DNA from: an uncultured Acidobacteriota bacterium
GTDB taxonomy: Bacteria; Acidobacteriota; Blastocatellia; RBC074
DNA length: 64,000 nt
Assembly: GCA_963796275.1 (NCBI GenBank)
Contig: CAWCKY010000003.1
Span: forward strand, 1,248,001 to 1,312,000
Direction: 5' to 3'
Position 1 is the stretch's first letter. Every line of letters starts with the position of its first letter. A program made the position numbers and the translations under genes. The notes beneath the pieces were generated by a model that searched no databases, had not been told where the DNA came from, and saw only the letters and a list, made by a program, of their open reading frames with translations. This document shows positions 32,017-43,342 of this stretch, one piece after another.

Positions 32017-33030
32017 TTGGGTTACAAAATTCTGCTTGCGGATGACAGCGTTACAGTACAAAAGATCATCACGCTGACTTTTTCAGATGAAGGCGCAGAG
32101 GTTTCGACAGTTAATAATGGTGAGGAAGCCATTACACGTTTGCGTTATATTCGACCTGACCTGGTGATGGCAGACGTATCGATCCCGGGGAAGGATGGCT
32201 ACGATATTTGCGAATTCGTCAAAACGCACCCTGACTTGAAGGGCACGCCGGTTATCCTGCTCGTTCCGGCATTTGAGCCGTACGACGAGGAGAGAGCCCG
32301 CCGGGCGGGGGCCGATTACCATCTCACGAAACCCTTTCAATCCATCCGGACGCTGATCTCGACCGTCAAAAACCTGATCGAATCGAGTGGGCGAAGGATT
32401 ACTCGGACCGATACGGGAGAATTTCAACCCCCGAAAAATAGAAATAACCGCCTCTCCGAACGCGGCATGTTCGAAGCCGGTGACCTCCGCGGCCCCACAG
32501 ATGCTCATAATGAGCGACAATCGTTGAATATCGAAGGCGACTGGCTCAGCGACAGTTCAGATGGCGATGTTCTGCACGTGTCGAACGGGGAAGATAGCCG
32601 ATCGGCTGCGGCAGGCTCACGCCGAGCAGCAGTAGAAAGAACAGCTCCATCGCGCGGCGCATTCGACGAAGACCTGGATCACGTCCTCGAGCTTGACGAC
32701 GTTCTGACCGAACTCTGGAGCGATACTGCGGCTCCGGGCATCGAGTCCGGACGCCGCGCAACTGCTACTGAAGCAGGTGGCATTACGACGCTGGTTGCCG
32801 CCGCCGATACCGGAGTTCAGGGAGTGTCGCTGGCGCTAGGCCAAAGTTCGATCGACGAGATCGCCGATCGCGTTGTGGCGAAGGTAATGGAGAGGTTGTC
32901 GGTTCTCTTGAACGAACAATTGTCCAGCCGTATTGCAGGCGAAGTCATCGAGATCATCAAACGACAGCAGGCGGCAGGGAAAGCTGCCTATCATGAAGCT
33001 GATTCGCTACTTGAATTGGACGAAGTTTGA
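32017..33030 (+). CDS. Response regulator, RomR-like (receiver + disordered linker + C-terminal helix)
   Basis: [32 protein letters not shown]; acidic linker; [17 protein letters not shown]. Confidence 0.85.
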   Translation: MGYKILLADDSVTVQKIITLTFSDEGAEVSTVNNGEEAITRLRYIRPDLVMADVSIPGKDGYDICEFVKTHPDLKGTPVILLVPAFEPYDEERARRAGADYHLTKPFQSIRTLISTVKNLIESSGRRITRTDTGEFQPPKNRNNRLSERGMFEAGDLRGPTDAHNERQSLNIEGDWLSDSSDGDVLHVSNGEDSRSAAAGSRRAAVERTAPSRGAFDEDLDHVLELDDVLTELWSDTAAPGIESGRRATATEAGGITTLVAAADTGVQGVSLALGQSSIDEIADRVVAKVMERLSVLLNEQLSSRIAGEVIEIIKRQQAAGKAAYHEADSLLELDEV

Positions 33031-33163
33031 GTCCGAAGAGAATAGCGAGAAAAAAAACAGTACCGCGAACAGTAGCGAGCGAGTCTTGATCGATGATAGA
33101 TTGAAGGTTCGCTCGCTTACTGCCCGCGGTACTGATTTTTTTCTCTCCCCGTCGTTGAATATT

Positions 33164-35932
33164 ATGGAAATTGCGAAGAGATACGAACCTAAAGAGGTCG
33201 AAGGGCGATGGTACCCATTTTGGGAACGCGAACGCTTCTTCGCGCCTGAGCCAGTCTCCAGGACGTCCGATGCTCCCATCTTCTCGATGGTTATCCCGCC
33301 GCCGAATGTGACTGGTTCTCTGCACATGGGCCATGCGCTCAATCACACGCTGCAAGACGTATTGGCGCGGTGGCGGCGGATGAGCGGCGACCGCGTGTTG
33401 TGGCTGCCCGGCTGCGACCACGCTGGAATCGCTACGCAGATGGTAGTAGAGAAGCAACTCGACAAGGAAGGAATAAAACGCCAGGACTTGGGACGCGAGA
33501 AATTTGTCGAGCGCGTCTGGCAGTGGAAAGAGCACTCGGGCGGCACGATTCAAAGGCAGATGCGCCTCCTCGGCGATTCGGTGGACTGGGCGCGCGAACG
33601 CTACACCATGGATGAAGGTCTCTCTAACGCCGTCAAAGAGGTCTTCGTGAGATTTCATGACGAGGGATTGATCTATCGCGGCGAGTATATGGTCAATTGG
33701 TCGCCAGGGTTGCAGACGGCGGTCTCCGATCTCGAAGTGGAGATGAAACCCATCAATGGCAAGCTCTACCATATCGCCTATCCGGTCGACCGAAATGTGA
33801 CAGAACGCGTGGAAGGCTTGGTTGATGCCTATGCGGCGGCGGATAAAGCCAGATCGGGTCTGCTCAGCACAGATGCCGGCGATTTCGTTATCGTCGTGAC
33901 GACTCGCCCCGAAACGATGCTGGGCGACACGGCGGTCGCGCTCAATCCCGCCGATGCGCAGGCGGGCAGCCGGTATGCTGGAATCGCGGGCCGGAATGCC
34001 GTGCTTCCCCTGGTCGGGCGGGTGTTGCCCTTCATCGAAGATGAAGTTGTTGAGAAGGATTTCGGCACCGGTTTGGTCAAAGTCACGCCGGCGCACGATC
34101 CCACCGATTTCGCTATGGGTAAGCGGCATGGACTCCCGTTCATTCAGGTCATCGGTAAAGATGCGAAGATGACCGATGCGGTGCCCGAAAAATTTCGCGG
34201 GATGGACCGCTACCAGGCTCGCAAAGCGGTGGCCGCCGATCTCGAGGAATTGGGTTTATTGCTCAAGGTCGAGGATTACACGCATAATGTCGGCCATTGC
34301 CAGCGCAGCCAGGTGGCGATCGAGCCATTGATTTCAACACAGTGGTTTCTGCGGATGAAATCGCTGGCGGAGCCGGCGATTGCCGCGGTGCGCGACGGGC
34401 GCACGAAGTTTGTGCCGGAGAACATGGCCAAGATCTATTTCAACTGGCTGGAGAACATCCAGGATTGGTGCATCTCGCGCCAGCTGTGGTGGGGTCATCG
34501 CATACCGGCGTGGTATACGCCGGCGGGCGAAATCGTCGTCGCGCGCGACGAGGAGGAAGCCCGGGGACGTCTCGAGTCGCGCGGCATCGATCCGAAGGTC
34601 GAGTTACGCGCAGAAGAAGACGTGCTCGACACCTGGTTTTCGTCGCAGCTCTGGCCGTTCTCAACCCTGGGCTGGCCCGAGGAGACCGAAGACCTCAAGA
34701 CCTTCTATCCGACTTCTGTTCTGATCACCGGCTTCGACATCATCTTCTTCTGGGTCGCGCGAATGATGATGATGGGTCTGAACTTTATGGGCGATGTCCC
34801 ATTTCGTACGGTATACATCAACGCCCTGGTGCTCGACCCTGAAGGGAAGAAGATGTCGAAGACCACCGGCAATGTGGTCGATCCGCTCGATGTCTTCGAT
34901 AAATATGGTACGGATGCCGCGCGCTTTATGCTGACCGCGGCTTCCACCGCAGGGCTCGCGCTTACGCTGCAGGAATCCAAGCTGGAATCGGCGCGGAACT
35001 TCGCCAACAAGATCTGGAACGCCTCGCGGTTCGTCCTTCTCAATTGCGACGACGTGCTGAGCGAGAAAGTGCCGATCGATTGGGAGACGCAGCTCGCTCC
35101 GCCTGAATTGGCCGACCTCTGGATTTTGAGCCGCCTCAACCGAACCGCGCTGGAGGTCAACAATGCATTGGCAGAATACCGCTTTCACGAGGCGGCGGCG
35201 GAACTCTATCACTACTTCTGGGATGATTTTTGCGATTGGTATATCGAATTGTCGAAGCCATTTGTGACGGCAAAGGGAGAGTCGCCGCAGAATGTGGCGG
35301 TCAAGCGCAGGATAATCTACGTGCTCGAGCGCAGTTTGAGGCTTTTACATCCGATCATGCCCTTCATTACCGAAGAGATCTGGCAGAGGCTCCCGCACAA
35401 GGGCGACACGATCACACTGGCTGAATTCGTATCGCATAATCCGGCGAACATCGATGAGCGCGCCGAACGCGAGATGAATCTCGTGATCGAGATCGTGACC
35501 AGACTACGGAGCATCCGTGCTGAGTTCAACATTCCGCCATCCACGCGGCTGCACGCGCAGATTATGCCGGCGAACGAGAGCGCGCGGAAAGTGATCGACC
35601 GGATGGGAGATCACATTAAGCGTCTGGCGTGGATCGAACAACTAGATCTCGTCGAGACGTTACCAGCGCGGCGCGGCTATGCGCGGGATGTCACGAGCGG
35701 CGCAGCGCTTGCAGTGCCGCTTGAAGGCTTGATAGATTTTGAGAATGAGCGGGCCCGTCTCGAGAGAGAATTGGCCAAGCTGGTCGCGGAACGGGAAGGC
35801 CTGGAGAAACGGCTGGCGAATCAAGATTTCATCAATCGCGCTGCTCCCGATGTTGTCGAGCGCACCCGCGATCGCGCGGTCGAACTCGAGAGCAGAATCG
35901 CAAAGATTCGATCAATGATCGAAACAATTTGA
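33164..35932 (+). CDS. valS: Valine--tRNA ligase
   Basis: [31 protein letters not shown]-terminal coiled coil; start MEIAKRY. Confidence 0.98.
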   Translation: MEIAKRYEPKEVEGRWYPFWERERFFAPEPVSRTSDAPIFSMVIPPPNVTGSLHMGHALNHTLQDVLARWRRMSGDRVLWLPGCDHAGIATQMVVEKQLDKEGIKRQDLGREKFVERVWQWKEHSGGTIQRQMRLLGDSVDWARERYTMDEGLSNAVKEVFVRFHDEGLIYRGEYMVNWSPGLQTAVSDLEVEMKPINGKLYHIAYPVDRNVTERVEGLVDAYAAADKARSGLLSTDAGDFVIVVTTRPETMLGDTAVALNPADAQAGSRYAGIAGRNAVLPLVGRVLPFIEDEVVEKDFGTGLVKVTPAHDPTDFAMGKRHGLPFIQVIGKDAKMTDAVPEKFRGMDRYQARKAVAADLEELGLLLKVEDYTHNVGHCQRSQVAIEPLISTQWFLRMKSLAEPAIAAVRDGRTKFVPENMAKIYFNWLENIQDWCISRQLWWGHRIPAWYTPAGEIVVARDEEEARGRLESRGIDPKVELRAEEDVLDTWFSSQLWPFSTLGWPEETEDLKTFYPTSVLITGFDIIFFWVARMMMMGLNFMGDVPFRTVYINALVLDPEGKKMSKTTGNVVDPLDVFDKYGTDAARFMLTAASTAGLALTLQESKLESARNFANKIWNASRFVLLNCDDVLSEKVPIDWETQLAPPELADLWILSRLNRTALEVNNALAEYRFHEAAAELYHYFWDDFCDWYIELSKPFVTAKGESPQNVAVKRRIIYVLERSLRLLHPIMPFITEEIWQRLPHKGDTITLAEFVSHNPANIDERAEREMNLVIEIVTRLRSIRAEFNIPPSTRLHAQIMPANESARKVIDRMGDHIKRLAWIEQLDLVETLPARRGYARDVTSGAALAVPLEGLIDFENERARLERELAKLVAEREGLEKRLANQDFINRAAPDVVERTRDRAVELESRIAKIRSMIETI

Positions 35933-36069
35933 TCGGAAAGCGGCAGGAATTTTCGCCAAACACAAACCGCAAAGAAATCAAAATTATTCCATTTGTACTG
36001 CATGTTTCTTTATAAGTTTGTTGTGGTGACCTTTCCTCTACAGTTCGCAGTCCGAAGTCCGCAATACGT

Positions 36070-36936
36070 ATGATCAATCCACTCGACCTCGAACTGGTCT
36101 ATGAAATAGTGAACGCGGCATTGGATGAAGACCTGGGGCGTGGTGACATCACGTCACGCGCGGTAGTACGCCGGGGAGTGAAAGCGCGGGGCAGCTTTAT
36201 CGCCAAGCAGGATTTTATTCTAGCGGGCCTCGAGGTCGCCGACGCAGTATTCACTACATTCGACCCTTATCTACAAATCGAATCGTCAGTCGGCGATGGC
36301 GAGGAAATAAAAGCGGGCAAAGTCTTTGCCCGAACATCGGGCGATGCCCAGATCTTACTGGCTGCCGAACGCGTCGCGCTCAATTTTCTGCAGCGTCTCT
36401 CGGGTATTGCAACTATGACGCGGGCTTATGTCGATGCGATTGCAGGGACGGGAGCGCGGATTGTTGATACGCGCAAAACAACTCCCGGTCTCCGTGTTCT
36501 CGAAAAATATGCGGTGACCGTGGGTTGCGGTCACAATCACCGGCTCGGCCTGGATGATGGCGTACTGATCAAGGATAATCATCTGGCGATGGCGGGAAGC
36601 ATTACAGAAGCCCTCCGGCGCGCGCGTGAAACGGCCGGTCATCTACACAAGATCGAGGTCGAAGTTGCAACGCTCGATCAGGTTCGAGAAGCGTTGGAAG
36701 TAAATGCGGATATATTACTGTTGGACAACATGCCTCCGGAGATGGTGAGGGATGCCGTCGAAATCGTCCGAAAAAACGAATCGAACGAGCGGCGCACTTT
36801 GACCGAAGCATCGGGTGGCATAAGTCTCGTAAACGTGCGCGCGTATGCGGAAGCTGGTGTCGATATGATATCCATCGGAGCGCTGACACACTCAGCGCCG
36901 GCGGTAGATATAAGTTTCAAAATAAAACCCGCATAA
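36070..36936 (+). CDS. nadC: Quinolinate phosphoribosyltransferase
   Basis: EDLGRGDIT, DTRKTTPG, LIKDNH, LLDNM, EASGG. Confidence 0.97.
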   Translation: MINPLDLELVYEIVNAALDEDLGRGDITSRAVVRRGVKARGSFIAKQDFILAGLEVADAVFTTFDPYLQIESSVGDGEEIKAGKVFARTSGDAQILLAAERVALNFLQRLSGIATMTRAYVDAIAGTGARIVDTRKTTPGLRVLEKYAVTVGCGHNHRLGLDDGVLIKDNHLAMAGSITEALRRARETAGHLHKIEVEVATLDQVREALEVNADILLLDNMPPEMVRDAVEIVRKNESNERRTLTEASGGISLVNVRAYAEAGVDMISIGALTHSAPAVDISFKIKPA

Positions 36937-37009
36937 GTATTGCGAATTGACCCTAGATCGGCGCAACGACAAGGTTGCGTTATCCGAATCAGAATTCTGG
37001 TTTTAGAAA

Positions 37010-37816
37010 ATGGCGACAGGTGAAAAACGAGAGCCTTACGTTTCGCAAACTTGCAATCAACCAGCGATCCGCGAGCTTTATCCCTTCATTATTCATCATT
37101 TCACATCGATCGACTCAACCAACGATCAACTAAAAAAGATGGTTAGCGCGCCCGAGTTCACCTGCGTCATCGCCGATCAACAGACGGCGGGGAGGGGAAG
37201 ACACGGTCGTACCTGGCATTCGGCGCCTGGAGATGGCCTCTATCTTTCAGTTCTGTTATGCCCGCAAGGAGCTTCAAGAATCCCTTCACTTAGCCTGATG
37301 GCGGGTATCGCTGTGGCCGAGGTTTTGATCGCTCGGGATATTACGGGCGTCGATATCAAATGGCCCAACGATGTTTTGGTGAACGATCGAAAAGTTTGCG
37401 GGGTATTGGTTGAAGGGACCTGCGCGGGGTCGAATCAACACCGCATTGTCATCGGGATTGGCGTCAATCTCAATCACCGATCGTTTCCGCAAAAACTCAG
37501 TCGAACGGCAACCTCGTTGCTGATAGAAACGGGTAGCCCGGTCGATATTGATGAATTTTGCGGTCGGTTACTCCAGCGCATCGCTGATTGGTATGAACGA
37601 TGGAAGCTGGGTGATGGAATCATCAACCGCTTTCAGGAACTTTCAAGCTACGCAAAGGGTCGAATGGTCATTGTGACGCTCGGCGATGAGCAGATCGTCG
37701 GCCAGACCGCGGGATTGTCGGAAACAGGCGCACTGAGAGTAGCGACAGGCGACGGCAGGGAAAAACTGATCATGGCTGGTGAAGTTATGAAGGTGAGAAC
37801 GATGGAACAATTGTAA
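37010..37816 (+). CDS. birA: Biotin--[acetyl-CoA carboxylase] ligase (no N-terminal HTH)
   Basis: DSTN, QTAGRGR, KWPND, KVCGVL, GIGVN. Confidence 0.93.
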   Translation: MATGEKREPYVSQTCNQPAIRELYPFIIHHFTSIDSTNDQLKKMVSAPEFTCVIADQQTAGRGRHGRTWHSAPGDGLYLSVLLCPQGASRIPSLSLMAGIAVAEVLIARDITGVDIKWPNDVLVNDRKVCGVLVEGTCAGSNQHRIVIGIGVNLNHRSFPQKLSRTATSLLIETGSPVDIDEFCGRLLQRIADWYERWKLGDGIINRFQELSSYAKGRMVIVTLGDEQIVGQTAGLSETGALRVATGDGREKLIMAGEVMKVRTMEQL

Positions 37817-37989
37817 ATACTTCGCGTGCCGGAAGCTTCAGAACGATATAAAAATTCTTACACCGCCTCTCCAACTTTTTTCTTTACCACCTCACATTCA
37901 GACGTTTGAAGTTGAACAGCTTATGCGGCGCGGGTAAGATGTTATTTCACTGACATCTCCCGATTCAAAATGCGCATATGCTTGGTGCG

Positions 37990-38715
37990 ATGAATTACTT
38001 CAATTACTTTACAGAAATCGAAGAAGAGTTCGTTAAACGACGTGGGAGTCATCTTCTCGTCTCTCCTCTCGATTGGTCGTTGATCGAGACGTGGAAACAG
38101 CGGGGCGTGCCTTTACATATCGTGCTGCGCGGAATCAATGCTTCGTTCAATGCCTATGATCAGCGTGCGTCCCGCGGCCGTAAAGTCAACTCGCTTCTCT
38201 ATTGCCAGCAGGAAGTCGAAGCGATGTTCCTCGATTACCGCGAGTCGCGCGTCGGCGCCAACGGTGATGGGAGAGTTGAAAACGGCACAGATTCGAAAGG
38301 ACGCCGGGAAGATCATTTCAATCCGCCGGCGATCATCGATTATTTGACCGAACATCACAAAGCGCTCGCGCAGCTTCACGCCAGACATTCGTCTGATGCG
38401 ATTTTGAACGAGACTTTTACGCGAGCCGCTGTTCGTCTCGGCCAGATAATCGATGACTTGCAGGCATCAAAAAATATTTCTCCTGAATCGCTCGAGGTAG
38501 ATCTGACAATGATCGAAGAGGCGATCCTCGATGGATTGAGAAGCAGCGCGGGTGTAGAAAAACTCGCGCAGATACAAAAAGAGGGCAATCAGCAACTCAA
38601 ATCCTATCGTCAGACTATGGAGCCGGCGGTATACCAGCAGACTATCGATAACCTCATCGCACGCCGCCTGCGCGAGCAATATCACGTCCCCCGGTTGAGT
38701 TTGTTCTACATCTGA
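37990..38715 (+). CDS. Conserved hypothetical protein with DnaD-like N-terminal pattern
   Basis: EIEEEF..RRG..LVSPLDWSLIETW...GVPLHIVLRGI...SLLYC; coupled to the downstream methyltransferase. Confidence 0.75.
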   Translation: MNYFNYFTEIEEEFVKRRGSHLLVSPLDWSLIETWKQRGVPLHIVLRGINASFNAYDQRASRGRKVNSLLYCQQEVEAMFLDYRESRVGANGDGRVENGTDSKGRREDHFNPPAIIDYLTEHHKALAQLHARHSSDAILNETFTRAAVRLGQIIDDLQASKNISPESLEVDLTMIEEAILDGLRSSAGVEKLAQIQKEGNQQLKSYRQTMEPAVYQQTIDNLIARRLREQYHVPRLSLFYI

Positions 38716-38722
38716 GAAGAAT

Positions 38723-39958
38723 ATGGCGACAGACGCGGACGTATTTGCCTATGAGCTCGCGCCCGGCGAAGTTCACGAAGTGACCATTGAAAAGCTCGTG
38801 TATGGAGGTGATGGACTGGCGCGCATCGGGACCCAGGCTGTTTTTGTGCCCTTTGCTGCTGCCGGTGACAAGTTGCGGGTCCGCGTCACAGACGTCGAAC
38901 GGAATTACGCGCGCGCCGTCATCGAAGAGATCGTCAGCCCATCGGAAACCCGCCGTACGCCTCCCTGCGTTTACTACGGCAACTGCGGCGGTTGCCAGCT
39001 TCAGCATTTAAATTATCAGGCGCAACTTGAAGCGAAGGTTTCTTTCGTGCGCGAATCGCTGCGGCGCATCGGCAACATCGAATGGGCTGGCGAGATCGGC
39101 GTTCGCGCGGCGTCGGAGTTCGGCTATCGTTCGCGTGCGGAGATCAAAGTCTCCCGAAGCGAAGCGGACGAGCCGCTCATCGGCTATTTTCGCTCAGGCA
39201 CTCAGGCCGTCTGCGAAATAACAGATTGTTTGATCCTGTCGCCGGCCGCTAATCGCGAATTGCAGCGGTTGCATTCCGAACCCTCGCTCATACCGAATGA
39301 TGCGACGCGGGTCTACCTGACGGTCGGCGATGACGAAGTGATCGTCACTCCGGCCACCGGCGAAAATGGGCGGAGCGATGAGATCGATGCGCTCGGGACG
39401 GCTTACCAGAGGATTGCCGGCACGAATTATGGTTTCGGTGTCAGATCATTTTTTCAAGGTAATCGGCTTTTGGTGGAAGATCTAATTCACGCGGCGATCG
39501 GCGATGCGCACGGGGCATTTGCGGTCGATCTATATGCCGGAGTCGGTCTCTTCAGCCTGCAACTGGCCCGGAATTTCGAACAGGTATGCGCGGTCGAAGG
39601 CAATCGAGCTGCGGCTAATCATGGTATGGAGAATGTGCGAGCGAATGGCCTGAATAATGTGCGATACGAACCGATATCGGTCGAGGCGTGGTTGAAATAC
39701 AAATCATCGGAAGTGCCGAGGCCCGATCTGGTCTTGCTCGATCCGCCGCGCTCCGGCGCCGGCCCGCAGATAATCGAGCGGGTTGTGGCGCTTGCACCTC
39801 CCTCGGTGACCTATGTTTCCTGCGATCCGGCGACTCTGGCGCGCGACCTGCGAATGATGCTCGATTTCAACTATCGTATCGATTCGATCACGGTTGTCGA
39901 TATGTTTCCTCAGACTTTTCACGTTGAAACAGTTGTTCATCTTAGTATTTCAGTATAA
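38723..39958 (+). CDS. 23S rRNA m5U methyltransferase (RlmD/TrmA family)
   Basis: TRAM domain, C-x5-CGGC Fe-S motif, SFFQ, DLYAGVG, LDPPRSG, YVSCDP, DMFPQT.HVE. Confidence 0.93.
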   Translation: MATDADVFAYELAPGEVHEVTIEKLVYGGDGLARIGTQAVFVPFAAAGDKLRVRVTDVERNYARAVIEEIVSPSETRRTPPCVYYGNCGGCQLQHLNYQAQLEAKVSFVRESLRRIGNIEWAGEIGVRAASEFGYRSRAEIKVSRSEADEPLIGYFRSGTQAVCEITDCLILSPAANRELQRLHSEPSLIPNDATRVYLTVGDDEVIVTPATGENGRSDEIDALGTAYQRIAGTNYGFGVRSFFQGNRLLVEDLIHAAIGDAHGAFAVDLYAGVGLFSLQLARNFEQVCAVEGNRAAANHGMENVRANGLNNVRYEPISVEAWLKYKSSEVPRPDLVLLDPPRSGAGPQIIERVVALAPPSVTYVSCDPATLARDLRMMLDFNYRIDSITVVDMFPQTFHVETVVHLSISV

Positions 39959-40259
39959 GCCGGAGCGTATCCTCGCCTCGCAATTCGGCTTCCCAGGAAT
40001 CATTGCAAAAAGCACGCGAGAGGTTGGGCTGCGACAACCTTCCGACGGAGGGGTAAAGCAGTAGCCCGGGTTGGAGCCTGCCGCTGCGATCCCAAACACC
40101 TGGCAAGATTCTATATCCACTCCAAATAAGGTAACGGTTCACGTGGGTGCACGAAATATGGCAGGCAGCGCTTGGACAAAGGCGTCCAACCAAACTATGC
40201 TTTGCGACGATGTGGCGCGCCTCAATATCACAACGCAAGACTGGGAACGCACTCCAGCG

Positions 40260-40477
40260 GGATTCTGCTGGCGAATTCAGAAAATGAAATTATCGGCTCT
40301 TAGCTCCGGAGAAGCGTTATGTTTATAGATCATGGCAAGTAAATATCTCCAGGTCCGGAGCGACATATGATGCCGTTTATATGCCGCTCCTCCGGAGCTG
40401 GGGCACTATTACGAAAAAATCTATAAACGTATCGCGCCTCTGGCGCTCCCGGATAAACGAATTCGCCAGCAGAATCC
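40260..40477. mobile_element. MITE/REPIN-like non-autonomous element (218 bp)
   Basis: Perfect 19-bp TIRs GGATTCTGCTGGCGAATTC, flanking AGCG direct repeats at 40256-40259 and 40478-40481, four internal REP-like palindromic units. Confidence 0.75.
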
Positions 40478-40717
40478 AGCGCAGAATCCAGCGGGAGTGC
40501 GCATAGTTTTGCTGTCGCTTCAGCAACAAGGGTGGTTACTGCTGATTCGCTGCACCGCGTATGAAAGCAGGTTACCCAGATAGATGACTTGAAAACCGAG
40601 ATGGCCGAGTTACGCGAGCGGCTGAGACAGAGTTCACACGTTGCCGGTGTTGGCGGAAGTGACAGTCTTTGGCAAGCAATCCCTACACGCCTAGAAACAA
40701 CGGGAGGGTTGAAGCTC

Positions 40718-43342
40718 ATGAACAAACCTGCTCGATTTATTTTGGGAATCGCCTTCTTTGCCCTGCTGCTGGTCTATAGTGCGGCCAGCTTCTACGTCTG
40801 GCTTTACCTGCCCGGAAGCGATGCGGGGTTTTACTGGTCGGGCGAGGTTGGCGAGTTTCAGGTCAGACAGATCGACCCACAAGGCCATGCCCAAGAGTTG
40901 CGCCCGGGCGACAAAATTATCGCCATCAACGGCGTGAATGCTGCGGAGCACGCGGGCATACTGTATGACTCGTATCGCCTGGCGCCCGGTTCGCCTTATT
41001 CGATGACCGTCGAGCGCAACAGCCGGGAAATGACTTTCGCCTGGCAAACCATTCCACGTCGGCGCGGCTCTTTTCCGTGGGATAAGCTGGTTTCGCTTTT
41101 ATCTTGGCTCTCCGGGCTGATCGTGTTGTCGATCAAAGCGGAGGATCGACGGGCGTGGCTATTGGCTTTGATGCTAGGCTGCTTTTCGACGTTAGTGAAC
41201 TACGGCGGTTGGCAGGGAGAGATAGCGACCAAGTGGCTTGCGCTGGCGGTCGCTTTAGCGCAAATCGGCGGGCTTTTCTCAGCCCCGCTGCTGTTTCATT
41301 TATTTCTCTACTTTCCTCAACCTTCACCCTTGTTGCGGTGCTGGCCGAAGTTGACGCGGTGGCTCTACGCGCCGCTCTGCCTATTTGTACTGCCGACTCA
41401 TGGCGTCCTACGGTTGCCTCTTGAATGGTCTACCTCAATCGTCAGTTGGCCGCCGGCCCGTTGGTTGTGGGAGCACGGGTTGCTGCTGGCCGCTGATCTT
41501 TCGCTGCTGGGCTATCTTTTAGCGGCGCTCGTTTGCTTGTGGCTGAGTTATCGTACGGCGGATACGGCGGGGCGGCGGCGTTTGCGGGTCGTGATGTGGG
41601 GCAGCCTGATCGGCTTCGGCAGTCTAATTCCAGTGCTCGTGATGGAGGTTACAAAAACGCAGGAGAAGTGGAATACCATCTGGAACTGGTTGTGGTTTTC
41701 GATGCTCTTTACGCTGCCGCTCGTCCCTCTCAGCTTCGCTTATGCCATCGTCCGCCATCGCGTCATTCCGATCAGCCTGATGATTCGCCGTGGTGTGCGT
41801 TATCTGCTGGTCTCGCGTGGTTCGATTTTGCTGGCGCTGCTGTTCGTCGGCCTCATCGTGGCGGCGCTGTTGGCGCTGCTGTTCAAGTATCTGCGCCCAT
41901 CGGCCTTGACCATCGGCCTGGTTTCGGCTGCCGAAGGCATCGCCGCGTGGCAGTTGGCGCGCTGGTTGCACCGGCGCTATCTCGCGCCGGTGATTGACCG
42001 TCATTTCTTCCGGCAGGCTTACGATGCGCAGCACATCGTAGCCGAGTTGTCAGAATCGCTGCGTACGACGACCGAGATTCCGCGCCTGCTCGGATCGGTG
42101 GCGAACAAGCTGCAAGCGGCGCTGCAAACCGAAAACGTGGTGATCTTTTTGCGCGATGGACAGACCGGCGACTACCGCAGCGCTTATGCTTGCGAATACA
42201 ACCGGGCGGAGGGCCACGCGGTCAATTGTCCGCGCGCAAACCTCCTGCCGCGCGATGCCGCGACGCTGGCGCAGCTTGCGCAAACGGGAGACGCACTCGA
42301 ACTCGACGGCGGCAACCCGGCGTTCGATTTGGCGGTGACCAACGGCCATTCGCGGCTGACAAACGAAGAACGGAAAACGCTGCTCGAACTGAAATCCACG
42401 CTGCTGTTGCCGTTCAAAACCAAAGACGCCATGCCGGGCATCGTCGCGCTCGGCTCGCGGCTGGGCGATCTGCCGTTTTCCGGCGAAGATAAACGCTTGT
42501 TGCAATCGGTCGGCGCCTCGGCGTCGCTCGCGCTCGAAAACGCGCAACTGGTCGAACGCATGATCGCCGAAGCGCGCCGCCACCAGGAGATCGAGGCCGA
42601 AAACGAACAGCGCGCGCGGGAGTTGGAAGAAGCGCGCCAGTTGCAGCTTTCGATGCTGCCGAAGAGCGTGCCGCAATTGCCGCACATCGAGATCGCGGCG
42701 TTGATGAAGACCGCGACCGAGGTCGGCGGCGATTACTATGATTTTCACGTCGGCGAGGACGGCACGTTGACGATCGCCATCGGCGACGCGACCGGGCACG
42801 GCTTGAAAGCGGGCACGGTGGTAGCGGCGACGAAGGGACTGTTCAAGCATCTGGCCGGGCAAGCCGATCTGGTGGCCATGCTCGCGCAAACCTCGCGCGC
42901 GTTGAAGCAGATGAATCTGCGCTCGTTGTTTATGGCGCTGACGCTGGTCAAATTGAATGGCGATCACTTGCAATGCAGCGTAGCGGGGATGCCGCCGATT
43001 CTGATTTATCGCGCGGCGACAAAGACCATCGAAGAGATTCCCTTGCGCGGCGCGCCGCTGGGCGGTTTGTCGAGTTACGACTATCGCCAGGTCGAACTGA
43101 CGCTGGCGGTAAACGACGTGGCGCTGCTACTGAGCGATGGTTTGCCGGAGCGGTTCAATGCGGCGGGTGAAATGTTCGGCTACGAACGGATGCAGGAATT
43201 GTTGCTTGCGCACGCCTCCGCAGCGCCGCAAATCATTCTGGAACGGATGCTGCAGGCAAGCGATGAATGGGCGGCAGGCAAACTGGCCGACGACGACATG
43301 ACCTTCGTCGCGCTGCGGCGCACGGCCACCGGCAGTTCGTGA
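40718..43342 (+). CDS. Membrane PDZ-GAF-PP2C (SpoIIE/RsbU-like) phosphatase
   Basis: PDZ (LRPGDKIIAING), multiple TMs, GAF, coiled coil, EVGGDYYD, GDATGHG, SDG, DDMT; GGAGG RBS. Confidence 0.9.
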   Translation: MNKPARFILGIAFFALLLVYSAASFYVWLYLPGSDAGFYWSGEVGEFQVRQIDPQGHAQELRPGDKIIAINGVNAAEHAGILYDSYRLAPGSPYSMTVERNSREMTFAWQTIPRRRGSFPWDKLVSLLSWLSGLIVLSIKAEDRRAWLLALMLGCFSTLVNYGGWQGEIATKWLALAVALAQIGGLFSAPLLFHLFLYFPQPSPLLRCWPKLTRWLYAPLCLFVLPTHGVLRLPLEWSTSIVSWPPARWLWEHGLLLAADLSLLGYLLAALVCLWLSYRTADTAGRRRLRVVMWGSLIGFGSLIPVLVMEVTKTQEKWNTIWNWLWFSMLFTLPLVPLSFAYAIVRHRVIPISLMIRRGVRYLLVSRGSILLALLFVGLIVAALLALLFKYLRPSALTIGLVSAAEGIAAWQLARWLHRRYLAPVIDRHFFRQAYDAQHIVAELSESLRTTTEIPRLLGSVANKLQAALQTENVVIFLRDGQTGDYRSAYACEYNRAEGHAVNCPRANLLPRDAATLAQLAQTGDALELDGGNPAFDLAVTNGHSRLTNEERKTLLELKSTLLLPFKTKDAMPGIVALGSRLGDLPFSGEDKRLLQSVGASASLALENAQLVERMIAEARRHQEIEAENEQRARELEEARQLQLSMLPKSVPQLPHIEIAALMKTATEVGGDYYDFHVGEDGTLTIAIGDATGHGLKAGTVVAATKGLFKHLAGQADLVAMLAQTSRALKQMNLRSLFMALTLVKLNGDHLQCSVAGMPPILIYRAATKTIEEIPLRGAPLGGLSSYDYRQVELTLAVNDVALLLSDGLPERFNAAGEMFGYERMQELLLAHASAAPQIILERMLQASDEWAAGKLADDDMTFVALRRTATGSS

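Noticed and set aside
32933-33163. N-terminal extensions in the ORF track for valS (also icd, ileS, the kinase, AlbA_2, PP2C and 59241-60083)
   Set aside because: They overlap upstream genes or repeats; downstream ATGs with RBS or family-typical starts fit better
39942-40725. Short ORFs in the rlmD-PP2C gap (98, 85 and 131 aa)
   Set aside because: They run across palindromic repeats, lack RBS and motifs, and look non-coding
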